64,000 nt of DNA. Source: an uncultured Elusimicrobia bacterium. Its GTDB lineage: Bacteria > Elusimicrobiota > Elusimicrobia > UBA1565 > UBA9628. The notes under the pieces are model-generated. The model saw only the letters and a list, made by a program, of their open reading frames with translations. It searched no databases and had not been told where the DNA came from. Of the stretch, positions 1-8,578 are shown in pieces. Position 1 is the first letter of the stretch; the number at the start of each line of letters is the position of its first letter. A program made the position numbers and the translations under genes. Where the stretch lies: assembly GCA_965283875.1 (NCBI GenBank), contig CBDIQC010000002.1, forward strand, positions 189,839 to 253,838. The letters run 5' to 3'.

Positions 1-346
1 CGTTGGTGCCGGTGACGCCCACGACCTGCAGGCCCGCGGTCGGGCGGCCGAAATAGAGGTCCGACATGCGCGCCATGGCGTCGGCGACGTCGGCCACGCG
101 CACCCAGGTCCCGGAGACCACGGCGGGCGGCGGCGGCGCGTCGAGCTCGCTGACGACGGCCACGGCGCCGCGCTCGAGCGCCTCGCGCGCGTGGCGGTTG
201 CCGTCGGTCTTGGAGCCGGGCAGCGCGAAGAACAGGTCCCCGGGCTCCACGCGGCGCGAGTCGTGGCGCAGGCCGCGCACGGGCACGTCCACCGGCCCGC
301 GCGCCTCCCCGGAAGCTCCCGCGCGCAGGAGCTCCGCCAGCGTCAT
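1..346 (-). CDS. murE: MurE (UDP-MurNAc-L-Ala-D-Glu:2,6-diaminopimelate ligase), N-terminal ~115 codons; the gene runs off the window start
   Basis: My own minus-strand translation from the ATG at 346 gives MTLAELLRAG...GLRHDSRRVEPGDLFFALPGSKTDGNRHAREALERGA...VGVTGTN, a Mur ligase N-domain and the start of the P-loop. The start forms an ATGA overlap with the ftsI stop. The order ftsI-murE is the canonical dcw order. Confidence 0.85.
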   Translation of the reverse strand, partial: MTLAELLRAGASGEARGPVDVPVRGLRHDSRRVEPGDLFFALPGSKTDGNRHAREALERGAVAVVSELDAPPPPAVVSGTWVRVADVADAMARMSDLYFGRPTAGLQVVGVTGTN

Positions 347-2049
347 CGCGTCGCCCGTCGGACCGTCAGCAGCGCGGGCGCGGCCGCCACCGGGCGCGGC
401 GCGGGGGCGAGGCTTCCCCTCTTGAGCGCGGGGTCGTCGGGCCGGTCGGGCGCCACCGCGTCCATGGTCAGCAGGCGGCGGCCGATCTTGGCGAAGACGG
501 GAGCGGCGACGAGGCCGCCGTAGTAGGAGCCCTTGGGCTCATCGACGATGACGAGGATGGTCCAGCGCGGCGCCGAGGCGGGCAGCCAGCCGGCGAAGGA
601 CGCGACGTAGGCCTTCTGGGAATATTTGCGGGTCAGCGGGTCGAGCTTGCGGGCCGTGCCGGTTTTGCCCGCGACGCGGTAGCCCGGGATGCGGGCCGTG
701 GCGCCGGTGCCCTTCTCCACGACGGCCTCGAGCATGCGCGAGACCTCCCCCACCGCGCGTTCGGAGGCGACGCGGCGCACCTTCTCGGGCTCGCGGCCGT
801 CGTCGAGCAGGCGCGGCTCGAAGAGCGTGCCGCCGTTGGCCAGGGCCGAGTAGGCGCCGAGCATCTGCAGCGGGCTGACCGACAGGCCGTAGCCGTAGGA
901 CGACGCCGCCAAGCCGACCTTGCCGAGGTCGGAGAAAGGTTTGAGGTCGCCGGCGGTCTCGCCGGGCAGGGGCACGCCGGTGCGCAGGCCGAAGCCCAGC
1001 GCGCGCGCGGCGCGGAAGAAGCGCGCGGCGCCGACGCGTTCGACGACCTTGGCGATGCCGATGTTGGAGGACCGCTCCAGGATCTGCGCGAGGTTCATGT
1101 CGGCCTCGGGCTCGTGGTCGGTGATGGTCACGCCCGAGGCGATCTGCCACTTGCCGCCTTCGCCCGAGAAGGTCTCCGTCGGCGACACGAGGCGTTCCTC
1201 GATGGCGGCCAGCGCGGTGACGACCTTGAAGGTGGAGCCGGGCTCGTAGGCGTCTTGAACGAGCGGGTTCTTCAGCGTGTTGGGCGGCCAGGCGGCCATC
1301 GCCAGGATGTCGCCGGTGCGCGGGTCCTGCACCGCGGCGTAGCCCGACTTAAACGAATGCGCGGCGGCGCCTTCGGCCAGCGCCTCCTCGACGATGTATT
1401 GCACGTTGCGGTCAAGCGTGAGCTTCAGCGCCGCCGGCACCTCGCCGTCCTCGGCGATGTCGCGGTGGATGGCGCGGCCTTTGCCGTCGCGCACGAGCTC
1501 GACCTTGCGCGGCTTGCCGCGCAGGCGTTTCTCCTGCGACAGCTCCAGGCCCGACAGGCCTTTGCCCTCCGCTCCCACCAGGCCGAGCACGGTGCGGCCG
1601 AGCTCGGCGTTGGGATAGACGCGCTGGGACGACGGCGTCAGGCCCACGCATTCCACGCGCGCGGCCTGCACGGCCTGCGCCGTCGCGAAGTCCACGCCGG
1701 TTTTAAGCCAGCAGAAGCGGCCGGAGGCGCGCGCCTTGCGCTCGAGCTCGGCGGCGGGCATCTTGAGCACGGGGCCGAGCTTGCGGCCCAGCTCGGCGGC
1801 GTCCTTGAGCATCTTCTTGTCGAGGAACACGGACCAGGTCGGCACCGAACGCGCCAGGACGCGGCCTTTGCGGTCGGTGATGTCGGCGCGGGGAGCGGCC
1901 TCGGAGGCGGTGCGCGCGAACTCCCCCTCCGCGCGCTCCGACAGGGCCTCGTGGCGCAGCACCTGCAGGTGGGCCAGGCGCAAGGAGAGCGGCCCCAGCG
2001 GGGCCAACGACAAGACGGAGGCGACGGTCAGACGAAGGCCGAAGTCCAT
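343..2049 (-). CDS. ftsI: Peptidoglycan D,D-transpeptidase FtsI (PBP3 class)
   Basis: 568-aa ORF with an N-terminal membrane anchor and the transpeptidase motifs STFK, SSN and KTGT. It sits in dcw context. Confidence 0.9.
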   Translation of the reverse strand: MDFGLRLTVASVLSLAPLGPLSLRLAHLQVLRHEALSERAEGEFARTASEAAPRADITDRKGRVLARSVPTWSVFLDKKMLKDAAELGRKLGPVLKMPAAELERKARASGRFCWLKTGVDFATAQAVQAARVECVGLTPSSQRVYPNAELGRTVLGLVGAEGKGLSGLELSQEKRLRGKPRKVELVRDGKGRAIHRDIAEDGEVPAALKLTLDRNVQYIVEEALAEGAAAHSFKSGYAAVQDPRTGDILAMAAWPPNTLKNPLVQDAYEPGSTFKVVTALAAIEERLVSPTETFSGEGGKWQIASGVTITDHEPEADMNLAQILERSSNIGIAKVVERVGAARFFRAARALGFGLRTGVPLPGETAGDLKPFSDLGKVGLAASSYGYGLSVSPLQMLGAYSALANGGTLFEPRLLDDGREPEKVRRVASERAVGEVSRMLEAVVEKGTGATARIPGYRVAGKTGTARKLDPLTRKYSQKAYVASFAGWLPASAPRWTILVIVDEPKGSYYGGLVAAPVFAKIGRRLLTMDAVAPDRPDDPALKRGSLAPAPRPVAAAPALLTVRRATR

Positions 2050-2059
2050 GAAGAGGAGC

Positions 2060-2413
2060 TCAGCCCGAGAAGGCGGAGCGCACCGGCTCCGGCACCCGCG
2101 CCAAGAGGCGCGTCAGCCAGCCGATGGGGCCTTGCCGTCCGGGCAGGACGCGCAGCGAGTCGGGGTCCGCGGGAATCAGCCCGCGCCGTCCGGCCTCCGC
2201 GGCGAGCGCGCCGGGCGAGAGGCCTTGGTCGATTTGGAGACGCAGCGCCTCGACGCGGCCGCGCGAGCGCTGTATCTCCTTGCGGGCTTGGGCGACGCGG
2301 TAGCCCAGACGCGTGGCGGAGATATGCTGCCAGCACAGGAAGAGGACGAGCAGTCCCCCTACCCCGAACTTGGCCGCCGAGCCCGCGTCGAAGTTCATGC
2401 GCGACCGCATCAT
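2060..2413 (-). CDS. ftsL: FtsL-like cell division protein
   Basis: I chose the internal ATG at 2413 of ORF 2060..2614; the upstream part of that ORF only translates the hairpin repeats. The product starts MMRSRMNFDAGSAAKFGVGGLLVLFLCW (TM helix) and continues with a coiled-coil segment. It lies directly upstream of ftsI. Confidence 0.7.
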   Translation of the reverse strand: MMRSRMNFDAGSAAKFGVGGLLVLFLCWQHISATRLGYRVAQARKEIQRSRGRVEALRLQIDQGLSPGALAAEAGRRGLIPADPDSLRVLPGRQGPIGWLTRLLARVPEPVRSAFSG

Positions 2414-2443
2414 ACCAAATGCCCGCTCCTTACCGGAAAGTGT

Positions 2444-2769
2444 GGCGGGTCCCCCGCCGAGAGGGGCCCGCCAGTGCGTCAACCGATGGCGGGCCCTCCG
2501 CCGAGAGAGGGCCCGCCAAACCGTCTGAATCGAATGGCGGGTCCCCCGCCGAGAGGGGCCCGCCAAACCGTCTGAATCGAGGCGGCCCCCTCCGCCGAGA
2601 GAGGGGACCGCCAAACCGTCCGAACCGAGGCGACTCCCTCCGCCGAGAGAGGGAGCCGCCCAAACTTTTCGCGCCTCACGTCACGTCAAATCTAAGGCGG
2701 GTCCCCCCCGCCGAGAGGGGGGCCCGCCAGAGCGAGGCGTCCCCCCTCCGCCGAGAGAGGGAGGACGCC
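2444..2769 (-). repeat. Tandem array of 7 GC-rich hairpins with a conserved loop and covarying stems (REP-like or structured RNA array), located inside the dcw operon
   Basis: Units lie at 2444-2472, 2488-2517, 2536-2564, 2581-2612, 2629-2660, 2696-2728 and 2736-2769. The loop (T)CCGCCGAGAG(A) is invariant. Stems are 9-12 bp of the form GGCG...CGCC with paired substitutions. Units 2-5 are joined by the linker AAACCGTCTGAATCGA. Strand is assigned from the G.U wobble bias. Confidence 0.85.
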
Positions 2770-2778
2770 CAAATGGTC

Positions 2779-2967
2779 CTAGGGCCTCGGCGCCGCCTTG
2801 CCGCGCAGGAACACGCGCCGCCACACGTAGCCCGCCGCGGACGTCTTGCCCGCCGGCGCCACGTCGGTGGCGTGACGGCGGTCGCTGAGGAAGCCCACGG
2901 TGGTGTCGAGTTTCGTCACCGCCGCGAGGCCCGTGCTGGAGCCGACCAGGAATCCCAGGTTTTTCAT
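2779..2967 (-). CDS. Hypothetical 62-aa protein between rsmH and the hairpin array
   Basis: The ATG at 2967 is preceded by AAGGGGGG about 9 nt upstream, directly after the rsmH stop. Third-codon-position GC is high throughout. Product: MKNLGFLVGSSTGLAAVTKLDTTVGFLSDRRHATDV... I recognise no family. Confidence 0.45.
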   Translation of the reverse strand: MKNLGFLVGSSTGLAAVTKLDTTVGFLSDRRHATDVAPAGKTSAAGYVWRRVFLRGKAAPRP

Positions 2968-2981
2968 GGTAGATGTCCCCC

Positions 2982-3878
2982 TTAGCGTTTCTTTTCCACG
3001 ACTCGGAGCTTGGCGCTGCGCGCGCGCGGGTTGCGGCGGGCCTCGTCCTCGGAGCAGGCGACGGCGCCCTTGTCCACGGCCGTGCACGAACCCTGCGCGA
3101 CGAACGACGCGAAAACGTTCTTGACGATGCGGTCTTCCAAGGAGTGGAACGTGATGACGGCCAGGCGCCCGCCGTTCTGCAGGTAGGGCAGCACGGCCTC
3201 CAGGCCGCGCGACAGGACCTCGAGCTCGCGGTTGACCGCGATGCGCAGGGCCTGGAAGGTGCGCGTCGCGGGGTGTTTGTCCACGCGGGGCAGCACGGCG
3301 GCCACGGCCTCGGCCAGATCGACGGTGGAGGTGAAGGGGCGGCGGTCGCGGCGCGCGACGATGGCTCGGGCCACGCGCTCGGCCTCGGGCTCCTCGCCGA
3401 ACTCGGCGAGCAGCAAGGTGATCTGCTCGACGGGCCACTTGTTGACGATGGCCTCGGCGGTGAGCGTGTTATCGGGGCTCATGCGCATGTCGAGCGGCCC
3501 CTCCTTCATAAATGAGAACCCGCGGGCGGGTTTGTCTAACTGGAGCGATGACACGCCGATGTCGAAGAGGGCCCCGGACAGCGGGAAGAAACCTTCGGCT
3601 TCCAGGGCGGCGCCCAGGTCGCGGAAGTTGGCGCGGCGCAGGCGGGCGCGGTCCCCGAAGGGCGCGAGCTTCACGGAGGCCTCGGCGAGCGCCTCGGGAT
3701 CCTGGTCGAGACCCAGCACGCGCGCCTTCGGCAGCTTCCCTAATAACGCCGCCGTGTGCCCGCCGAGCCCGACCGTGGCGTCGAGATAGAGGCCGGCGGG
3801 GTCGCACGCGAGGCGCTCCAGGGTTTCCCCCAGGAGCACGGGCGCGTGCGTCCAGCGGCTCTCGTCGGTCAAGATCAT
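2982..3878 (-). CDS. rsmH: 16S rRNA (cytosine1402-N4)-methyltransferase RsmH (MraW)
   Basis: 298 aa starting HAPVLLGETLE...DATVGLGGHT, with RIAVNRELE. Its start forms an ATGA overlap with the mraZ stop. Confidence 0.95.
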   Translation of the reverse strand: MILTDESRWTHAPVLLGETLERLACDPAGLYLDATVGLGGHTAALLGKLPKARVLGLDQDPEALAEASVKLAPFGDRARLRRANFRDLGAALEAEGFFPLSGALFDIGVSSLQLDKPARGFSFMKEGPLDMRMSPDNTLTAEAIVNKWPVEQITLLLAEFGEEPEAERVARAIVARRDRRPFTSTVDLAEAVAAVLPRVDKHPATRTFQALRIAVNRELEVLSRGLEAVLPYLQNGGRLAVITFHSLEDRIVKNVFASFVAQGSCTAVDKGAVACSEDEARRNPRARSAKLRVVEKKR

Positions 3879-4324
3879 ATCTCCAGGTTCTTCCCGATCG
3901 CCTTATACGCCGGCGCGACCTTCGCCTTCTCGTAGGCCGCCCAGCGCTTCACGTCCCAGACCTCGGCGCGTTTGCCCGCGCCCTGCACCAGCACCGCGCC
4001 GCCCAGACCCGCGTGTTCCTTCAGGTACTGCGGCACCAGCACGCGGCCCTGCGCATCGACTTCCACTTCCACGGCTTCCGAGAAAAACTTGCGCTTGAAC
4101 GCCCGCTCCTGCTCCTTGTCGGCCATGCTGAAGGCGCGCAGGTCGTCGCCCAGCAGCTTCTCCCACTGCGACGGCAAGAACAGGTACAGGCAGCCTTCCA
4201 TGCCGCTCGTCAGGAAGAACGACGAGCCTTTTTCCTTCGCGAGCGCCTCGCGATACTTCGGCGGCACGGCCAAGCGGTTCTTGGGATCGAGCGAGTACTC
4301 GTAACGGCCGATGAGCAGAGACAT
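3875..4324 (-). CDS. mraZ: Transcriptional regulator MraZ
   Basis: 149 aa starting MSLLIGRYEYSLDPKNRLAVPPKYRE, with a duplicated SpoVT/AbrB-like layout. It is the first gene of the dcw cluster. Confidence 0.95.
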   Translation of the reverse strand: MSLLIGRYEYSLDPKNRLAVPPKYREALAKEKGSSFFLTSGMEGCLYLFLPSQWEKLLGDDLRAFSMADKEQERAFKRKFFSEAVEVEVDAQGRVLVPQYLKEHAGLGGAVLVQGAGKRAEVWDVKRWAAYEKAKVAPAYKAIGKNLEI

Positions 4325-4327
4325 TAT

Positions 4328-4375
4328 TCCCCACTCCCAACCACTCGCTTGTTATTCATCCCCACTTTTCCCCAC
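4328..4375 (-). promoter_or_regulatory. Putative MraZ operator: four helically phased GTGG(G/T) boxes
   Basis: On the minus strand GTGGGGA occurs at 4375-4369, 4365-4359 and 4334-4328, and GTGGTTG at 4344-4338. Box spacings are 10, 21 and 10 nt. All boxes lie between the predicted transcription start and the mraZ ATG. The proximal box may instead be the Shine-Dalgarno sequence. Confidence 0.55.
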
Positions 4376-4384
4376 CGGGTCACG

Positions 4385-4413
4385 AGTATAGGGGAACAGA
4401 CGAATCCTGTCAA
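4385..4413 (-). promoter_or_regulatory. Sigma-70-type promoter of the dcw operon (TTGACA-17-TATACT)
   Basis: On the minus strand TTGACA lies at 4413-4408 and TATACT at 4390-4385, with a 17-nt spacer. The -10 box is about 60 nt upstream of mraZ. Confidence 0.7.
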
Positions 4414-4449
4414 GGGGTGATTTTTCTCCGACGAGGAAACGACGCCGCG

Positions 4450-5634
4450 CTAGTTAGCGGGCAGGCGGGAGACGGACGAATTGCGCGACAGCTCGTAGCG
4501 CCACGCGTATTCGAGCGCCTTGAGGCGGTTGTAGGGCGCGCCGTACGCGCGGTACAGCGCCTCGTCGGCGCGTTGGCCGTCGCGCATGTTCGCGGAGAAC
4601 TTGTAGAACGACGAGCGGTACTGCGTGCGGATCATGAAGCGCACGATGCTGTAGGCCTGCGCGTACCACAGCCGCACGCGGTCGTCGTTCCAGCCCGACG
4701 TGGTGCCCACGGCCATGAAGCTGTCGATGGGGATGCCGCCCCCCCGCTCGAGGATCTCGAGGTTGTCGCGCAGCCAGTTGGGCGCGGCCAGGCCGCGCTC
4801 GACCTGCACGAGCGTCGCCATGCCTTCGGACAGCCACAGCGGGTTGGCGGTGCCGTCGAGGAAAAACGCGTCGAAGTAGATGTGCGTCAGCTCGTGCGCG
4901 AGGATGCCGGGCAGCTCCTCGCTTTCATAGACATAGACCTTGCGTTTGGGCACCGAGCTCGCGCCGCCCGACCACGACGGCCGCCCGGTGACCTGGCGGT
5001 AGGTCTGCTGGCTCTTGAAGAGGTAGATGGTGACGCGCTGGTCCTTGGCCCACGGCGAAAACGGCGCCAGGTCGAGCATGAGGTTGCCGTGCAGCGCCTC
5101 GATGAGCTCGACGAAGCGGTCCGACGCCGGGTACTGCTCGGAATAGACGTTGAAGTGGCGCGTCACGCGTTTGGCGAAGCCGGGCGGCAGCGGCGGGTCG
5201 GGGACCGCGGAGCGGTCCTCCTGCACGCGGCGGCGCGCGGCGGGCGGCGGCTGGCGCGGGACGCCGGCGGCCGGCGGCTGGGACGTGCCGGCGGGGCGCC
5301 GGTCGTTGGACGGCGCCGGCCCCACGGCCTCGGGCGCGGGCAACACGCGCGAGGCCAGGTCGTCGGGCACGGGCTGGGGCGCGCCGGCCGGCGGCAGCGG
5401 CGGCTGCGGGGCGACGACGGCGACGGGCACGGCGGCCGGGGCGTTGAGCGCGGAAAGCGCGGGCTCCTCGGGCGGCGTCGCGAGCGGGACGGCCCCCTTG
5501 ACGTAGGGGTTCACGATGGCCTGCATCTTGGCGGCCTCGCGCTCCTCCTCGCCCAGGTATTGATAGACCATGAGCCCCCAAAGGCTCACGACCAAGACCC
5601 AGATGAGGACGCGGAGTTTTAGTAGGGCGTCCAC
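4450..5634 (-). CDS. Membrane-anchored peptidase-MA-like zinc metalloprotease (HExxH)
   Basis: 394 aa with an N-terminal TM helix and a Pro-rich linker. The motif AHELTHIYFD followed by WLSEGMATL matches the HExxH...EG pattern of peptidase MA-like domains. Confidence 0.65.
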   Translation of the reverse strand: MDALLKLRVLIWVLVVSLWGLMVYQYLGEEEREAAKMQAIVNPYVKGAVPLATPPEEPALSALNAPAAVPVAVVAPQPPLPPAGAPQPVPDDLASRVLPAPEAVGPAPSNDRRPAGTSQPPAAGVPRQPPPAARRRVQEDRSAVPDPPLPPGFAKRVTRHFNVYSEQYPASDRFVELIEALHGNLMLDLAPFSPWAKDQRVTIYLFKSQQTYRQVTGRPSWSGGASSVPKRKVYVYESEELPGILAHELTHIYFDAFFLDGTANPLWLSEGMATLVQVERGLAAPNWLRDNLEILERGGGIPIDSFMAVGTTSGWNDDRVRLWYAQAYSIVRFMIRTQYRSSFYKFSANMRDGQRADEALYRAYGAPYNRLKALEYAWRYELSRNSSVSRLPAN

Positions 5635-5690
5635 GTTGGTAGTTTAACGGCCTTTCTCCCGGGCGTCCACCCCGGAATTGTGAAGCCCGT

Positions 5691-6203
5691 TCAGGCCCGG
5701 TTGGCGTCGCGCAGGCGCAGCGCGGCCTGCGCCAGGCCGTGCACGAACAGCGAGAAGATGATGATGAACGCCGCCTGGGACAGGGCCATGCCCAGGAACT
5801 CGCCCGTCAGCGGCTGGCGCAGCCAATACACGCCGATCATGGCGGCGGCGGCGGTGAGCGCGCAGAGCACGGTCTCGGTCAGGCCGAAGGTCAGGCCCGC
5901 GGCCGTGGGCGCCATGACGAAGACCAGCCACATCGGGTTCCAATACGGGAACAGCAGGTAGAAAAGCGGGATGGACCAGCCGAGGTTGAGCCAGACCTGG
6001 AGCTGGCGGAAACGCGCGGCCCAGCCCGCCCAGCGGTACTGGTTCTTGTTGAGCCACCAGTTGACGAGCATGTCGGCGGCGAGGATGGCCAGCGCGGCGT
6101 AGGCGGTAGCGCGCGACTCATCCTCCCACAGGCCGCGGAAATAGGCGGCCGACACGATGAGGATGAGGACGAAGGGCGTGAAGTAGCGGTTGAGCATCTG
6201 CAT
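5691..6203 (-). CDS. Hypothetical polytopic membrane protein
   Basis: 170 aa with about 5 hydrophobic helices and high GC3. I recognise no family. Confidence 0.55.
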   Translation of the reverse strand: MQMLNRYFTPFVLILIVSAAYFRGLWEDESRATAYAALAILAADMLVNWWLNKNQYRWAGWAARFRQLQVWLNLGWSIPLFYLLFPYWNPMWLVFVMAPTAAGLTFGLTETVLCALTAAAAMIGVYWLRQPLTGEFLGMALSQAAFIIIFSLFVHGLAQAALRLRDANRA

Positions 6204-6206
6204 GTT

Positions 6207-6866
6207 CTAGTCCTCCGCCCGATACAAGACGAGGTAGCGTTCCTGCGCCTCGCCCGGTCTGCGGTAGCCCACCGACTCTAGCAATCTCATCTTCGCCCCC
6301 GCCATAGCGGGTTCGGCCGGGACCGACTGGAAGGCCGCGAACAGGCCGTGCCGCTTGAGCAGCGGCCGCGCCAGCGCGAGCGCCTCGTCGAGCGGCGCGA
6401 GCGCGCGCTCCACCACGGCGTCGAAGCCCGATTCATACGCGTTGTGGGGGCGCCCGTCGCCCACGCGCCGCTGGATGACCCGCAGGCCCGGCAACGCGAG
6501 GCGGACGCTTTCCGCGTTGAGGAACTTGAACTTGCGCTCCACGGCCTCGATCAAGGTCACCTGCGCCTCGGGCCAGGCGATTTTCAGGCACACGCCGATG
6601 AACCCGCCGCCCGAGCCGAGGTCGCATACGCGCACGCCGTCGCGGCCTAAGGCCTTGCGCAGCGCCGCGGCGGCGAACACGCCGTCGGCCGCGTGTTTGA
6701 GCACGAGGTCTTCCCAGGCGTCGTCCGCCGTGAGATTCGTCGTCTTATTCTTGGCTGCGACCTCGCGCAGATAGGACTCGATATGCTCGAGCGCGGCCGC
6801 GTCGAGCGGCGCCCCCCACCCTTCGGCGGCGGCGGCGAGTCTCGACAGGGCGTTAGTCGCCGTCAT
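6207..6866 (-). CDS. rsmG: 16S rRNA (guanine527-N7)-methyltransferase RsmG (GidB)
   Basis: Contains KTTNLTA and VCDLGSGGGFIGV (SAM-binding motif). I chose the ATG at 6866, which forms an ATGA overlap with the mnmG stop. The alternative start is at 6887. Confidence 0.9.
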   Translation of the reverse strand: MTATNALSRLAAAAEGWGAPLDAAALEHIESYLREVAAKNKTTNLTADDAWEDLVLKHAADGVFAAAALRKALGRDGVRVCDLGSGGGFIGVCLKIAWPEAQVTLIEAVERKFKFLNAESVRLALPGLRVIQRRVGDGRPHNAYESGFDAVVERALAPLDEALALARPLLKRHGLFAAFQSVPAEPAMAGAKMRLLESVGYRRPGEAQERYLVLYRAED

Positions 6867-8578
6867 GAAACCCGCGTCAGGACCCATAAAGCTTGGACGT
6901 CGGCCGGCGTCAGCCCGGGGATACGCGCGGCCTGGCCGATGGTGCGCGGCTTGACGCGCGCGAGCTTCTGCAGCGCCTCGGCGCCCAGCGAGCCCGCGCG
7001 GCGGTAATCCACGCCGGCGGGCAGCTCGACGTGCTCCCAGCCGCGGCGCGACGCGGCGGCCTTCTCCTCGCGCGCGATGTAAAGCGCGTAGGTCGCGATG
7101 GTGTCGCGCTGGGCCAGGGCCTTCTCGAGGGTCCAGGGCCCGAGGTCCGCGGCCGCGGCGCCGGTCTCGACGGCGGCGGCGTAACGCTCGAAGGCGGGGC
7201 GCAGGTCCTGGGGCAGCAGGCCGAGCGCGAAGGCCGTGGGCATCAGGCGCAGGTCCGCGTTGTCGGCGCGCAGCGCGAGGCGGTTCTCGGCGCGCGCGGT
7301 GAACATGCGGTAGGGCTCATCGACGCCCTTGGTGACGAGGTCATCGACCATCACGCCGATGTAGGACTGCGCGCGGTCCCAGAGCACGGGCGCTTCCCCC
7401 GCGGCGGCGCGCGCGGCGTTGACGCCGGCGACCAGGCCCTGGGCCGCGGCTTCTTCATAACCCGTCGTGCCGTTGATCTGTCCGGCCAAAAACAGGCGCG
7501 GCACGGCCTTGGTCTCCAGCGCGGCCGTGAGCTGGTCGGGCGGGCAGAAATCGTATTCGATGGCGTAACCGAGTCTTAAAATAGCCGCCCGTTCGAGGCC
7601 GGGCACGGTGGAGACCATGGCCGCCTGAACGTCGTCGGGAAGACTGGTGGACAAGCCGTTGACGTAAACCTCGTGCGTGTCGCGCCCCTCCGGCTCGAGG
7701 AAGACGCGGTGGCTGTCCTTCTCCGGGAACCGCGACACCTTGTCCTCGACCGACGGGCAATAACGCGGTCCCGACGCCTTGATGGCGCCTGTGAACAGCG
7801 GCGAGCGGTCGAAGGCGGCGCGGATGACGTCGTGGGTCGCCGACGTCGTGCGCGTCAGCCAGCACGGCAGTTGCTCGACGGCCAGGCGCTCGGTGCGGAA
7901 AGACAACGCCTGCGGCGGTTGGTCGCCGTCTTGCCGCCGCGTCTTCGACCAATCGATGGTGCGCCCGTCGAGGCGAGGCGGCGTGCCGGTTTTCAGGCGG
8001 CCCACTTCCAGCCCCAGGCCGCGCAAAGACGCCGACAGGCCCAGCGAGGGCGCCTCGCCGACGCGTCCGGCCGGGTGCGACGAGAGGCCCGTGTGCGCGC
8101 GGCCGTTGAGGAAGGTTCCCGTGGTCAGCACGACGCAGCGCGCTTCCAGCCGCGTCCCGTCCTTGAGCTCGACGCCGCGCAGCCCGGTCGCGTCGGTCCA
8201 CACCGACGCGGCCTCCCCCTCCACGACGCTCAGTCCGGGCCGCGCGGTGACGGCCTCGCGCATGACGCGCCGATAGGCGTATTTATCGCACTGCACGCGC
8301 GGCGAACGCACGGCCTCGCCTTTGCCGAGGTTGAGGGTTTGGAACATCAGGCCGGACGCGTCGGCGCCTAAGGCCATCACGCCGCCGAGCGCGTCGAGCT
8401 CGCGCACGAGCTGGCCCTTGCCCGTGCCGCCGACGGCGGGGTTGCACGACATCGTGCCGATGGTGGCGGCGCTTTGGGTGAGCAAGGCGACGCGGCGGCC
8501 TAGACGGGCGGCCGCGTGGCTCGCTTCGATGCCCGCGTGCCCGCCGCCGACGACGACGACGTCGTAGGCCTCAGGCAT
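6863..8578 (-). CDS. mnmG: tRNA uridine 5-carboxymethylaminomethyl modification enzyme MnmG (GidA)
   Basis: 571 aa starting YDVVVVGGGHAGIEA (FAD fold), with the GidA-family signature GQINGTTGYEEAAAQG. Confidence 0.95.
   Translation of the reverse strand: MPEAYDVVVVGGGHAGIEASHAAARLGRRVALLTQSAATIGTMSCNPAVGGTGKGQLVRELDALGGVMALGADASGLMFQTLNLGKGEAVRSPRVQCDKYAYRRVMREAVTARPGLSVVEGEAASVWTDATGLRGVELKDGTRLEARCVVLTTGTFLNGRAHTGLSSHPAGRVGEAPSLGLSASLRGLGLEVGRLKTGTPPRLDGRTIDWSKTRRQDGDQPPQALSFRTERLAVEQLPCWLTRTTSATHDVIRAAFDRSPLFTGAIKASGPRYCPSVEDKVSRFPEKDSHRVFLEPEGRDTHEVYVNGLSTSLPDDVQAAMVSTVPGLERAAILRLGYAIEYDFCPPDQLTAALETKAVPRLFLAGQINGTTGYEEAAAQGLVAGVNAARAAAGEAPVLWDRAQSYIGVMVDDLVTKGVDEPYRMFTARAENRLALRADNADLRLMPTAFALGLLPQDLRPAFERYAAAVETGAAAADLGPWTLEKALAQRDTIATYALYIAREEKAAASRRGWEHVELPAGVDYRRAGSLGAEALQKLARVKPRTIGQAARIPGLTPADVQALWVLTRVS

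Noticed and set aside
2430-2679. ORFs 2430..2663 and 2479..2679 (minus strand), and the N-terminal extension of ORF 2060..2614, might be genes.
   Set aside because: Their products are periodic translations of the hairpin repeats (GGPLS.RRG..). They show no start-site signals, and ftsL has a better internal ATG at 2413.
2444-2769. The hairpin array might be a CRISPR array.
   Set aside because: The units are not identical; their stems vary. The spacers are only 6-35 nt, and three of them are near-identical to each other. No cas genes or leader are present. The array sits inside an essential operon.
1114-2985. A 623-aa plus-strand ORF lies antisense to ftsI and ftsL.
   Set aside because: This is a typical high-GC shadow ORF. 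Its product is Arg/Ala/Gly-rich and low in complexity. The opposite strand carries unmistakable PBP motifs.
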